Of a DNA stretch of 64,000 bases, positions 1-9,720 are shown piece by piece; the stretch's first letter is position 1; each line of letters begins with the position of its first letter. Made by a program: the position numbers and the translations under genes. The notes under the pieces are model-generated. The model had not been told where the DNA came from. It was given only the letters and a program-made list of their open reading frames with translations, and made no database searches. Source of the DNA: an uncultured Candidatus Saccharibacteria bacterium (lineage in GTDB: Bacteria; Patescibacteriota; Minisyncoccia; Phycocordibacterales; UBA2163); NCBI GenBank assembly GCA_964626705.1, contig CAZVGL010000003.1:6543-70542 (forward strand), given 5' to 3'.

Positions 1-296
1 TCATTTCGTCGTTCGTCGTGAGCGCCAAGTCTGTGAGGTACGAACAGATGAGCAAAACAAAAAATTTCTTTTCCTTTTTGAAAACATTAAAAACGGGGGC
101 AGAAAACGACGAGACGAGTGAAGAAATTTTTTTGTTTTGGTTAACGAGTGGTAGCGAGGTGGCGCGGAGAGTTACCACGGACGCGGGGCGGAGAGAGTTC
201 GTTGAAGTTACCACGCGCTCGGCGCGTGAGTTAATTATCAGTCTTATGTTCAAACAGAGTTCGTCCAAAGGCTATTAAAAGGTCACAAATTAAAAT

Positions 297-1592
297 TTAC
301 CGATTTTTCCACTCTTCTTCTTGCCTTACTAAAAGCCTATACTTTCTGTCTGGTTGCGCCATTACTTTCTCCACCACCTTTTCTGTTCTTATAGACTGTG
401 AGCCTTTTATTAAAGTGATGTCATTTTCTGTGATAATTTTTGTAAGTTTGTCTCCTGCTTGTGTTGGGTCACTAAATTGGAAAATATCTTTTTTCTTCAT
501 TTTTGCTTCGTTTGCACCTTGTGCAATATACTTAGAACGGACACCTATAGTGATAAGTATATCAGCAGTTTGTGCTACGAGTTTTCCTATCTTCATATGT
601 TCATCGTGTGAATAGTTCCCAAGTTCCATCATATCTCCAAGCACTACTATTTTTTTGCCGGATGTATTAATATCTTTAACTACTTTCAATGCCTCTGTAA
701 CAGCTGCAGGAGACGCATTATAACTATCATCTATTATTGTCGAGCTATTAATCCCTTCGATCAAACGCATTCTTCCTGGCGCCGACTCGTGTTCCGTAAG
801 TGCTTGTTTCATAGAAACTACATTAAGTCCTTGAGAGATACCAACTGCAAATGCTGAAAGTATAGGATAAATATGCTGTTTACCTAATACTCCCTTAAGT
901 TCTACTGGAATACTATTTCCTCTGTGGTCAACTCTGAAAGTTATTCCAGCTGGTTTGTTGTTTTCATATATAGTGTTTTCATTTGACGCAACGATACTTT
1001 CTCCATCCGTAAAACCATACGTGAACATATTTTTTTCTTTTGCAAACTCTTTCATTCCAGTTACTATTTTGTCGTCACCATTCATCACAAATACACCATC
1101 TTTTTTTAAGGCTTTAACCAAATAGCTTTTTTCTTTTACTACTTCCTCTGGAGAACTAAAGAATTCAACATGTACTGGAACATCAGGTATATGCGTCATC
1201 ACTACTACGTCAGGTTTAAGCCATTCAGATATACTTTCTATATCTTTTGGTTTATCAGCAGCGACCTCAAGTACGAGCAATTTAGGATAATGGTTTTTAA
1301 GTATTATTAGCTTTAGTCCATCAATAATATTTTTAAACCATGAGATAGGATCGTTTAATGCATTAGGAAGTCCTAGGATAGTAAGAGGTATGCCAGTTTC
1401 CGTATTAAAGCTTTTCTCACTTTTACGTACAAAAGATACAGAGCTCAATATTGTATAAATAGCATCTTTAGAAGATGTCTTACCTATGTTGCCAGTTACA
1501 GCAACGATCTTCGGTCTATACTTTTTTAGAACTAACCTTGCTTCTAATGTAAGTAGATAGACTATTATGTTTTTTAAAATTTGTTTTAACAT
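297..1592 (-). CDS. murF: Mur ligase, most likely UDP-MurNAc-pentapeptide synthetase MurF. It lacks the usual N-terminal domain.
   Basis: P-loop VAVTGNIGKTSS near the N-terminus. A C-terminal DDSYNASP motif is typical of MurF. The position after ftsI in a dcw-like cluster supports the call. Confidence 0.7.
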   Translation of the reverse strand: MLKQILKNIIVYLLTLEARLVLKKYRPKIVAVTGNIGKTSSKDAIYTILSSVSFVRKSEKSFNTETGIPLTILGLPNALNDPISWFKNIIDGLKLIILKNHYPKLLVLEVAADKPKDIESISEWLKPDVVVMTHIPDVPVHVEFFSSPEEVVKEKSYLVKALKKDGVFVMNGDDKIVTGMKEFAKEKNMFTYGFTDGESIVASNENTIYENNKPAGITFRVDHRGNSIPVELKGVLGKQHIYPILSAFAVGISQGLNVVSMKQALTEHESAPGRMRLIEGINSSTIIDDSYNASPAAVTEALKVVKDINTSGKKIVVLGDMMELGNYSHDEHMKIGKLVAQTADILITIGVRSKYIAQGANEAKMKKKDIFQFSDPTQAGDKLTKIITENDITLIKGSQSIRTEKVVEKVMAQPDRKYRLLVRQEEEWKNR

Positions 1593-1593
1593 T

Positions 1594-3300
1594 TTATCTA
1601 TCAGGTGGTACTTCGTAATAATTTATTAGAAACTTTACGGTGTCTATAAACGGATGCGTAAGTGTTTGTGAAGCGTATCTCACTTCTTTAGGTTCTACTG
1701 TATATAGAAATATAAGATACTCTGCATCATATGCTGGAAAGTATCCGAAGAATGAATGTAAGAATTTATCTTCATAATAACCACCATCCTGAGAGTCAGC
1801 TATTTGCGCTGTACCTGTCTTTGCAGCAACAGAATAATTATCAAGTTTTACTGTACCATCTAAAAGTGCATCATCTACTACATTTACTAACATCCGTGTG
1901 ACTTCTTCTACGCTACTTTCTTTCAAAACTCGCTCATCTTCGAAAGATACTTTTTTAGAAAGTCCAGATGTATACTTTATCTTCTTTGCCAAATGTGGAG
2001 TTATAAGTTTGCCACCGTTAGCGAGTACGCTGAGAGCTCGAACCGTGCTTATAGGTGTCATGGCTATTCCCTGCCCAAACGATGCAGTAGCATATTCCAA
2101 ATCCCTAGGAGAAGTAAAACTATCCACAAGTCCGGCACTCTCATTTGGAAGGTCGATACCTGTTTCATCACCAATACCAAAGCTAAGCATATAGTCAGCA
2201 AATCTTTTATTACCCATCTCACCTACAACAAATGCAACACCTGTATTAAGAGATTGACTAAGTACTTCTTGCATAGGTACTCTACCGCGACCTTTGCCAT
2301 CATAGTTGGATATTGTATAACCGCTAAGTTCAAGACTGCCTGAATCATAATATGTAGTAGTTGCGGTTACAGCACCTGCATCTACTCCAGCTACCATTGT
2401 AAGTGGTTTTATAATAGAACCCATTTCGTATACACTTTCGACTATTGGATTTGAGAATACCGCAGCACCTTTTTCCATCTGAAATTCATTTACATTGAAG
2501 TTTGGGTATACACCCATTGCGTATATTTCGCCATTGTTAGGGTTAATAATAACGCCGGCTGTAAGTTTTGAATTCCATTCATCATTTATCTCTTTTAATT
2601 TGTTTTCAAGAAACAATTCCACCGACGGTTCTATAGATACGACAACATCGCCAGAGCGATTACCTTTTTTAAATACAGCACTATTTATATTTGCAAAAAT
2701 CTCTGCAAAAAAGTTTACATACATACCATCACTATTGCGTTCTAATACATCATTATAATATCTTTCAAGCCCATATCTTCCAGAGAACTCATCACCTATA
2801 AAACCTACAAAACCAAGTGTCTGTGAAGCTAGTGTTTCCCCAGGGTAGAAACGCCACCTATCTTTATAAATATTCACACCATCTATATCCAAATCTTCTA
2901 TGGCATGTGCCGTTTCTGTATCAACTCGTTTAGCCACCTCCTCATATGGATCATCTTTTTTACCAGCCCTTAAGAAAAAAGTATCCGAATCTATCTCTAT
3001 AAGTTGAGAAAGTTTTTCATAAGTGTCTTCTGCATTTTTTAGATTCTTTGGACTTATTGCAACAGTAAAGCCAGAACGCAATGTAGCACCAGAGACTAGT
3101 CGCCCACCTTTATCATTAAGAAAAATAGATCCTCTGTTGTATAAGTCTTGTCCTGATTTAGTGTATTGTCTGTCAGCATCATTGCTAAAGTCTTCCCCGT
3201 GTATTATTTGCACAAAATAAAGCCGACCAAGTAAAACTATGGCGACTAAAAATACAATGCTTGATATTATACGAATCCTTATTAACAATCCTTGTTCCAT
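1594..3300 (-). CDS. ftsI: Penicillin-binding protein / peptidoglycan D,D-transpeptidase (FtsI-type, class B PBP)
   Basis: N-terminal TM segment. SIIKP (SxxK) and KTGTAQ (KTG) transpeptidase motifs. Sits between ftsL-like and murF in dcw order. Confidence 0.8.
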   Translation of the reverse strand: MEQGLLIRIRIISSIVFLVAIVLLGRLYFVQIIHGEDFSNDADRQYTKSGQDLYNRGSIFLNDKGGRLVSGATLRSGFTVAISPKNLKNAEDTYEKLSQLIEIDSDTFFLRAGKKDDPYEEVAKRVDTETAHAIEDLDIDGVNIYKDRWRFYPGETLASQTLGFVGFIGDEFSGRYGLERYYNDVLERNSDGMYVNFFAEIFANINSAVFKKGNRSGDVVVSIEPSVELFLENKLKEINDEWNSKLTAGVIINPNNGEIYAMGVYPNFNVNEFQMEKGAAVFSNPIVESVYEMGSIIKPLTMVAGVDAGAVTATTTYYDSGSLELSGYTISNYDGKGRGRVPMQEVLSQSLNTGVAFVVGEMGNKRFADYMLSFGIGDETGIDLPNESAGLVDSFTSPRDLEYATASFGQGIAMTPISTVRALSVLANGGKLITPHLAKKIKYTSGLSKKVSFEDERVLKESSVEEVTRMLVNVVDDALLDGTVKLDNYSVAAKTGTAQIADSQDGGYYEDKFLHSFFGYFPAYDAEYLIFLYTVEPKEVRYASQTLTHPFIDTVKFLINYYEVPPDR

Positions 3301-3330
3301 TGGCCTATAATAACATACTTAAAAGTGCCT

Positions 3331-3654
3331 CTAATTTTCAAGACTTAATCTAGCAAATGTCTTTCTTGCAACAAATTTCTTTTCTGCTAAGTCTTTAAAA
3401 CCTGCTGCTTTTGCGTATTCTTTATTTATAATATTTTTATGTGCTATATATTCAAACTCAAGCTCACTTATAGCAGAACTTACTACAACAACGTCATTAT
3501 TGATCTCTTCTCTTACTATCACGTTTACTATAGATTTGCTTATGAAATAACCATAAAAGCCCAATAATATGAAAATTATTGCTATTAGGGCAGTAAATGC
3601 TCTTTTTTCAAAAATATTTATTTGTAGTGTTTTAGTTTTCATTATTTTTTTCAA
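3331..3654 (-). CDS. FtsL-like small bitopic cell-division protein
   Basis: 107 aa with a single TM helix. Position between rsmH and ftsI matches ftsL in the dcw cluster; the sequence alone is not diagnostic. Confidence 0.45.
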   Translation of the reverse strand: MKKIMKTKTLQINIFEKRAFTALIAIIFILLGFYGYFISKSIVNVIVREEINNDVVVVSSAISELEFEYIAHKNIINKEYAKAAGFKDLAEKKFVARKTFARLSLEN

Positions 3655-4531
3655 ATACTCTTAGTTTTGCACTTCTTGAACGTGGGTTTTCTTTAACCTC
3701 GTCTCTACTTGGTGCAATAGGTTTTTTGGTAATAATTGTACCTACTTCATTGTCTTTTTGTTCTTTAAAAAACTGTTTTACTATTCTGTCTTCAAGACTG
3801 TGGAATGAGATTACGGCTAGTCTTCCGTCTTCTGCTAAAGCTTCTATTGCTTTTGGTAATACTTCTTTTAATGCGCCTATTTCGTCGTTTACTGTAATCC
3901 TCAATGCTTGGAAAGTTTTTGTAGCGAAATGAGTTTTCTTGTGTTTGTACCAGCTTGGAAGTGCTTCACCTATTACGTCTACAAAGTCTTGTGTAGTCTT
4001 TATGGGTTTCTTTTTTCTTAATTCGACAATCTTCTGTGCAATCTGTCTTGAGAATGTCTCCTCTCCGTATCCATAGATGATGTCTGCAATATTTTCTTTA
4101 TCCCATTGGTTTACTATTTCTTTTGCTGTTAGATCTTTCTCGGTCGGATTATCTTTCAATGTCATTAATAGAGGTTCATCTTTTTGAAAGCTCAGTCCCC
4201 TTTTTGATTCGTCCATTTGGTCTGAGCTGAATCCAAGGTCAAGCAGTATCGCATCTACTTTTTCAATACCTGCTTTCTCTAAGACTTTATCTAGGTTTCT
4301 AAAACTTTCTTTATGCAATATGATTTTGCAGTCTTCATTTTTTAGATTATTTTCTGCTTCATCAAGCGCTTTCTGGTCAAGGTCTATTCCTATAAGTGTT
4401 CCTTCTTTTCCAATCAATTTACATATCTCTTTTGAATGACCTCCTCGATTTATTGTGCCATCGACTACCGCATCTCCTTTTTGGAGATTTAGTAAATCGA
4501 TAACTTCTTTTAAAAGAACCGGAATATGCAT
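3632..4531 (-). CDS. rsmH: 16S rRNA (cytosine1402-N4)-methyltransferase RsmH (MraW)
   Basis: N-terminal HIPVLL...DGTINRGGHS motif and length about 300 aa. Lies immediately downstream of mraZ. Confidence 0.9.
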   Translation of the reverse strand: MHIPVLLKEVIDLLNLQKGDAVVDGTINRGGHSKEICKLIGKEGTLIGIDLDQKALDEAENNLKNEDCKIILHKESFRNLDKVLEKAGIEKVDAILLDLGFSSDQMDESKRGLSFQKDEPLLMTLKDNPTEKDLTAKEIVNQWDKENIADIIYGYGEETFSRQIAQKIVELRKKKPIKTTQDFVDVIGEALPSWYKHKKTHFATKTFQALRITVNDEIGALKEVLPKAIEALAEDGRLAVISFHSLEDRIVKQFFKEQKDNEVGTIITKKPIAPSRDEVKENPRSRSAKLRVFEKNNEN

Positions 4532-4534
4532 GAC

Positions 4535-4969
4535 TTAAACTATTCCTATCTCACCAAGCTTCTCTGCCATAGAGTCAGCTTGTCTCTCCATCTTTTTCTT
4601 GTATTCATCCCATCTCTTTTCATCCCATATTTCTATCCTTGTCTGCACCCCTGCAAGTACTACTTTATCTTTAAGAGATGCAAAGTCCCGCAAGTATTCT
4701 GGGACCAAGATTCTTCCTAATGAATCTATAGCAGCTTCTACTGCACCTGAAAGAATAAATCGGTTGAAACCCCTTGTGTCAGATTGTCCCATAGGAAGTT
4801 CCGCTAGCTTTTCTGAAATTTTCTTCCATTCGTTGATCGGATAAATAAACAAACAATTATCTAGTCCACGAGTTACAACTACTTTTTTCCCAAGCTCTTT
4901 TCGAAACTTTGACGGAAGTGAAAGTCGTTTCTTTGGGTCAATTGTATGAGTATATTCGCCGATTAACAT
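4535..4969 (-). CDS. mraZ: Transcriptional regulator MraZ
   Basis: 144 aa with a duplicated MraZ-type fold signature (DPKKRLSLP / ...GRILVP) and first position in the dcw cluster. Confidence 0.85.
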   Translation of the reverse strand: MLIGEYTHTIDPKKRLSLPSKFRKELGKKVVVTRGLDNCLFIYPINEWKKISEKLAELPMGQSDTRGFNRFILSGAVEAAIDSLGRILVPEYLRDFASLKDKVVLAGVQTRIEIWDEKRWDEYKKKMERQADSMAEKLGEIGIV

Positions 4970-4994
4970 ATAGATTTTTTGTAGTGTTTATGTT

Positions 4995-5035
4995 CGCCCT
5001 CCTAAGTTTTCGTATTACCAAGACTTAGGAGGGCG
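4995..5035 (-). promoter_or_regulatory. Perfect 13-bp GC-rich stem-loop (CGCCCTCCTAAGT...ACTTAGGAGGGCG) in the mraZ 5' leader region. No U-tract follows on either strand.
   Basis: Inverted repeat read directly. Located about 25 nt upstream of the mraZ ATG on the minus strand. A TATAAT-like box lies further upstream at about 5105-5115. Confidence 0.4.
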
Positions 5036-5145
5036 TCCAAAGAATATGTAGTATGGTAAACCAGATTCTTTGAATTCCCACTTCATACCACTACCATAGT
5101 ATTATATAACACTTCATACCACCTTATCAATATAGTTATCCACAT

Positions 5146-5172
5146 AAAAAAACGAGATATTATCTCGTTTTC
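5146..5172 (-). terminator. Rho-independent terminator of lysS (hairpin AACGAGATAtTATCTCGTT flanked by A/T runs, bidirectional)
   Basis: Perfect 9-bp stem plus T/A runs, read directly. Confidence 0.6.
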
Positions 5173-5194
5173 TAGTCGACTTTCTTAGATATTC

Positions 5195-6628
5195 TTACTT
5201 TTTCTTCATTAGTGGGAATTCTATAATCTCACGTAGATTTGCAGCTCCTGTGAGTATCATTACAAGCCTATCGATACCCATACCAAGTCCTGCAGTAGGT
5301 GGCATAGCATGTTCAAGTGCTTCTATAAAGTCTTTATCGTATTCTTGTACTTCTTTGTCACCTTTTTTCTTCATCTCCATCTGTGACTCGAAACGTCCTG
5401 CTTGTTCTATAGGGTCATTAAGCTCAGAAAAGCCGTTCACAAGCTCTACGCCATCTATTACAAGTAAGAAACGAGCAGTTTTGTCTTTGTCGTCTTCGAG
5501 CTGTTTTGAGAGTGGAGAAATATCAGTTGGTATTTTCGTAAAGAACGTTGGTTCTTTTATATTTATTCGTATTAATTTTTTATATATCTCATCTGCGATC
5601 TTGCCTTTTGAAAGATATGGAGCGACATCTATATCGTTTTCTTTTGCAAACTTTGCAAAATCTTCTTGTGAGTTTTTACTGTAGTCCAGACCTGTTTTTT
5701 CTTTTATAGCTTCACTAAATTCAATCCTTTGCCACTTACCTTCAGGAAGTGGGTTATTAGTTTCTTTTGAAACTTTTTTAAGTAAATCTTCTATAAATTC
5801 CATAAGTCCTTCCCAGTCTTGATAAGTATAATAAAGCTCCATCATCGTAAACTCTGGATTATGTTCACGATCTATACCTTCATTTCTAAATATCGGACCT
5901 ATTTCATATATTTTTTCAAAACCGCCTATAAGAAGTCGTTTTAGATAAAGTTCAGGTGCTATGCGTAAGAATAGCTCCATATCAAGTGTCTCAAGATGAG
6001 TTTTGAAAGGCTTTGCCATAGTACCTCCAGCGAGTGGCTGAAGTATTGGTGTAGTCACTTCTGTAAAATCTTTTTCTTCAAGATAGTTTCTTATAGCTCT
6101 TATTATCTTTGTTTTTTGAACTAATTGTGCTTTTGCCTCAGGGTTCAATGAAATATCAAGATATCTTTTTCTAAATTTTTCTTCTTTGTCTTTTATACCA
6201 AAATGCTCTGTCGGCCATGGGGCGATGCTTTTTGAAAGAAATATTACTTCAGAAGCACTGATACTTTGTTGCCCTGCTTTTGTAAGATATGGTTTTCCTT
6301 TTATCTCTAAAATATCGCCTACACCAAGTGTCTCAGAAAAAAGATCAAAATTCTCAAGAGTATCTTTTTGGAAAAATATTTGTATCTTTCCTGACTCATC
6401 TTCTATATCTGCAAAACCTATTTTGCCGTGCCAACGAGTAGAACGAACCCTACCAGCTATAATTGCTTCTTTGCCATCATCAAAATTCGCCACAAAATCC
6501 GCAATATCGGTATCGCGATTACTTTTTGCAGGGTATGGGTTTATCCCAGCATCCTGTAGGGTCTTAAGTTTATGTAGGCTTTCTTCTCTAAGTTGGCTTA
6601 TCTTTTCCATATTTATTAATGATAGCAT
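5195..6628 (-). CDS. lysS: Lysine--tRNA ligase (class II)
   Basis: OB anticodon-binding N-domain. Class II motifs including FRNEGID and GxGxGxDR-like GMGIDRLVM. Confidence 0.9.
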   Translation of the reverse strand: MLSLINMEKISQLREESLHKLKTLQDAGINPYPAKSNRDTDIADFVANFDDGKEAIIAGRVRSTRWHGKIGFADIEDESGKIQIFFQKDTLENFDLFSETLGVGDILEIKGKPYLTKAGQQSISASEVIFLSKSIAPWPTEHFGIKDKEEKFRKRYLDISLNPEAKAQLVQKTKIIRAIRNYLEEKDFTEVTTPILQPLAGGTMAKPFKTHLETLDMELFLRIAPELYLKRLLIGGFEKIYEIGPIFRNEGIDREHNPEFTMMELYYTYQDWEGLMEFIEDLLKKVSKETNNPLPEGKWQRIEFSEAIKEKTGLDYSKNSQEDFAKFAKENDIDVAPYLSKGKIADEIYKKLIRINIKEPTFFTKIPTDISPLSKQLEDDKDKTARFLLVIDGVELVNGFSELNDPIEQAGRFESQMEMKKKGDKEVQEYDKDFIEALEHAMPPTAGLGMGIDRLVMILTGAANLREIIEFPLMKKK

Positions 6629-6719
6629 AAATAAATCAAATCTTAATAGTGCTTTGACTAAGTAGATAAATTATAGTATTCTTTTTTTAGAAACTTTTGC
6701 TAAAATTTTAGGAGAAAAA

Positions 6720-6869
6720 ATGATAGGTCGCAATTCACAAAAAGGAGTATTTACAAAATTTATTATCATTGTTGTTGCAACATTGGCGCTCATTATTACA
6801 ATTCCATTTTCTAATAGAAAGAAGAAGGACAATAAGACACGAAAACCACCTCCATTAATTAAAATTTAA
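6720..6869 (+). CDS. Small membrane protein (49 aa), hypothetical
   Basis: AGGAG RBS 7 nt upstream of the ATG. Hydrophobic core IIIVVATLALIITIPF. A hairpin-plus-T-run terminator overlaps the stop (6849-6888). Confidence 0.35.
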   Translation: MIGRNSQKGVFTKFIIIVVATLALIITIPFSNRKKKDNKTRKPPPLIKI

Positions 6870-6892
6870 TGGAGGGTTTTATTTTTTTATTG

Positions 6893-7510
6893 TTATAAAA
6901 TAAGTGGTACAAATTCAAATCTTTCAAATTTTTTTATCTCAGTATCTGTATCTGAGGTTTTTTTAACTTGCCATATATTATCATATACAGGTATTACCAT
7001 CGTTCCACCAACTTTTAATTGTTCGAGTAATTCTTTCGGTAGTTCTTTTGCTGCAGCAGAAACTAATATCTTGTCGTACAATGCCTCTTTTGGATATCCA
7101 AGTTCTTTACCTGCTTGTACTATTTCAGCATTTTTAAGATCATATTTTTCTATATTCTCTTGCCCTAGCTTTACAAGCTCTAAGACTTTTTCTACTCCTA
7201 TAACATTACCTTTCTTCCCTACGATATGAGACAAAAGTGCCGTAGTCCAGCCAGATCCAGAACCTACATCAAGGACATTGTCTCCTTCTTGTGGGTCAAG
7301 AAGCTCAAACATAAAGGCTACAGTTGTTGGTTGTGATATTGTTTGTTCGTGCCCGATAGGAAGTGCATAGTCTTCGTATACTTCTTCTATATAGTCTGTC
7401 GATACAAAATCCTTTCTATCTATAGCAACAAAAGCATTCTTATGTGTTTTGTCTTGCAGTACTTGCGTACCTTTTTCTAGATGATCTATTAATTCTTCTT
7501 TAGTAAACAT
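6893..7510 (-). CDS. pcm: Protein-L-isoaspartate O-methyltransferase
   Basis: SAM-binding motif VLDVGSGSGWTTALL and the characteristic HEQTISQP motif. Confidence 0.8.
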   Translation of the reverse strand: MFTKEELIDHLEKGTQVLQDKTHKNAFVAIDRKDFVSTDYIEEVYEDYALPIGHEQTISQPTTVAFMFELLDPQEGDNVLDVGSGSGWTTALLSHIVGKKGNVIGVEKVLELVKLGQENIEKYDLKNAEIVQAGKELGYPKEALYDKILVSAAAKELPKELLEQLKVGGTMVIPVYDNIWQVKKTSDTDTEIKKFERFEFVPLIL

Positions 7511-7521
7511 ATTTTTTAAAT

Positions 7522-8364
7522 TTAGAAAAGTTTTCCTGATTTTTTTTCTTCAGCTTTTGCTTCCAAATGTCTTTCAAGGAGGATTTTACCTGCCGTTTCT
7601 CTATACGGACAATAATTACATTCCTCGCCTTTTGGTGGTAATTTTTCACTAACTAATGTTTCTTTTATTTCTTCAAGGGTTTTGTCGATCCATTTATCAG
7701 AACCTGTATATGGAATAACTTTAATATCAAACTCAAGTTTTCCATCAAACGCTTCTCTATCTGTAATGCCATTTGCGTATATAAAGTATCCAGTATCAGA
7801 AACTTTAAAATCATTACACCTAAAAAGCCACTGGTACACCTCCATCTGTCTTTTGTATGAATCTTGCCAATCTGCATCTAAACTCACCTCTCCATCTTTA
7901 CTTGTAGCTTTATAGTCTACGATTATAAGCTCACCCTGTGGATTAACCCATACATCATCAATACCACCTCTTATTATTAGGTTAGTCTTCTTGTGCAAAC
8001 ACGATACACCTCGTCTAAGTGCATCTCTCCATTCTTCCATTTTCTCATGTTTGAAAGGTATTGCATCTATACCATATTCTTTTGCAAGCGGGTGCACTGT
8101 TTGCTCCTCTCTGTGTATATCAAACTCTTTCTTCATCAAATAATCAACAGCATTGTTTAAGTTAAATGGAAATGAAGGCGGACGTCCGACACCTATCCTT
8201 TGGTCAAGGTAAAAACACCGTGGACACTCTTTAAATAACTCTATTTTTGACCGACTTATTCTGTGAGGCTCTTTTGATTCAGGCTTAAAAAGATACCGGC
8301 TACTTTTTTTTGGATTGTAATATTGTCCCATAATTTGCTTAGTATAACATACAAAAATACTCAC
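7522..8364 (-). CDS. PD-(D/E)XK family nuclease with paired CxxC motifs (Cas4/RecB-like, orphan)
   Basis: N-terminal CPRC and C-terminal CNYC cysteine pairs flanking an IVDYK (D..K) core typical of Cas4/AddB-type nucleases. No CRISPR array or cas genes in the window. Confidence 0.45.
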   Translation of the reverse strand: MSIFVCYTKQIMGQYYNPKKSSRYLFKPESKEPHRISRSKIELFKECPRCFYLDQRIGVGRPPSFPFNLNNAVDYLMKKEFDIHREEQTVHPLAKEYGIDAIPFKHEKMEEWRDALRRGVSCLHKKTNLIIRGGIDDVWVNPQGELIIVDYKATSKDGEVSLDADWQDSYKRQMEVYQWLFRCNDFKVSDTGYFIYANGITDREAFDGKLEFDIKVIPYTGSDKWIDKTLEEIKETLVSEKLPPKGEECNYCPYRETAGKILLERHLEAKAEEKKSGKLF

Positions 8365-8390
8365 TTTAAAATGTGAGTATTTTTGTATGT
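8347..8390. terminator. Bidirectional hairpin terminator (18-bp perfect stem ACATACAAAAATACTCAC / GTGAGTATTTTTGTATGT)
   Basis: Read directly; lies between two minus-strand genes. Confidence 0.55.
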
Positions 8391-9677
8391 TTATTCAAGG
8401 TTCTTTTCTATCTTTATCTTCCCTATTTTATCTGGGAATGATCTTTTCCAGAATGGTCGTAACGTTGCCTCTGCCTTATCAATACTTGGATATCCAGAAA
8501 GTACTGTTGTAAGTGCAGCCTTTGCTCTACCTGCTAGGTCTTCTTTTAGCTTATCCTCATCAAACGTCCATACTATATGAGCATTACCACTTACTGTAAA
8601 TTCAAATTCTTCTTCTTCCCATGGTCGAGAATCTTTTTTATCAGACACTGCAATGTTTAAAGTAGATACATCTAAGATCTCAACTGACTCTTCGTCAAAT
8701 GCCGCTACAGTGTTTTGTGCAATATGGCTTGCGAACTTTTCTTTATTAAATAATACTCCATAAAGTGTAGCTTTTTCTTTTATTTCTACTTTATCTCCAT
8801 TTTCTACACTTGGTTCTGATTCAAATTCTACAAATATTGTATCTTCAAAAAGATAGAATTCATCTGGTTTTTGAGAAGATGCTTCATTCATTAGCTGTGC
8901 TCTAAGGTCTGCATGTATTACTTCTTTTGCTTTAGCTAGATCTTCTTTACTTGCTGTTAGTTTTTCTCCTACAAAACCTCCTGTCATTGAGGTTTTTGAT
9001 CTTGCATAAAAACCATCAAATCGTGGAGACCCTTTGAATCCCGGAATTATAAAATCCTTAAGACCTACATTATATTTATCTCCTGCTTCATCTGCATATA
9101 CCGTTACTTCTATACTTCCAGGCACTGTCTCCCCACCTTCTTTACTCTGACCAGGTACGACTATTGATTTGTTTATACGATATGTGAGTCCTTCTGGAGT
9201 TTCAAAACGAGTATTTTTTATAAGCCTTTGACTTGATGTATTAAAGTCGTTAAATACAACAATCTTTCCGGACGCTTTTTCCTCTATCTCTTCTCGGCCT
9301 GTCGCTGGAACACTCTTCGAATCAGATTTCTCTATAGTCATAATCTCATAAGGTACATCTCCTACATCGGCTCTTATTGCTGCACTAAAATTAGCTTCGA
9401 CAAGTGTTTTGCTTTGTTTGGGTGTAATACTTACTTTTGCACCAGAAAAAAGAAGTGAAAATGCAAGTATAAGTATGATAACCACGATAATGGCTACAAA
9501 CCATAATGCAAAACGTGATGAACCTCTTTTCCTTGTAGTATTATCATATACAGGTTCATAATCCTCTTCTACTTCCCTAGCTCTAGTAGGTTCAGGTCTT
9601 TTTGTATGTGAATTTTTTATATTTCGTATTGACCTTTTTTCAGGTGGTACAATATCTTCAATTGTTTTTTTAGGCAT
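8391..9677 (-). CDS. Hypothetical bitopic membrane protein, with a cytoplasmic basic N-terminus, one TM helix and a large extracytoplasmic domain
   Basis: Hydrophobic stretch FALWFVAIIVVIILILAFSLLF after a roughly 55-aa charged N-terminus. No recognisable catalytic motifs. Confidence 0.45.
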   Translation of the reverse strand: MPKKTIEDIVPPEKRSIRNIKNSHTKRPEPTRAREVEEDYEPVYDNTTRKRGSSRFALWFVAIIVVIILILAFSLLFSGAKVSITPKQSKTLVEANFSAAIRADVGDVPYEIMTIEKSDSKSVPATGREEIEEKASGKIVVFNDFNTSSQRLIKNTRFETPEGLTYRINKSIVVPGQSKEGGETVPGSIEVTVYADEAGDKYNVGLKDFIIPGFKGSPRFDGFYARSKTSMTGGFVGEKLTASKEDLAKAKEVIHADLRAQLMNEASSQKPDEFYLFEDTIFVEFESEPSVENGDKVEIKEKATLYGVLFNKEKFASHIAQNTVAAFDEESVEILDVSTLNIAVSDKKDSRPWEEEEFEFTVSGNAHIVWTFDEDKLKEDLAGRAKAALTTVLSGYPSIDKAEATLRPFWKRSFPDKIGKIKIEKNLE

Positions 9678-9720
9678 ATTAGTTTTATTATTTATTCGTG
9701 ATTATATAATACCACTTAGA

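Noticed and set aside
18-278. 86-aa plus-strand ORF in the GC-rich left-edge segment, whose N-terminal ...AENDE... residues resemble a tmRNA tag
   Set aside because: No stop follows the tag-like residues for about 60 codons. No tmRNA 5'/3' acceptor or T-arm consensus was found. Composition is atypical for the local proteome. It is reported only as part of the anomalous segment.
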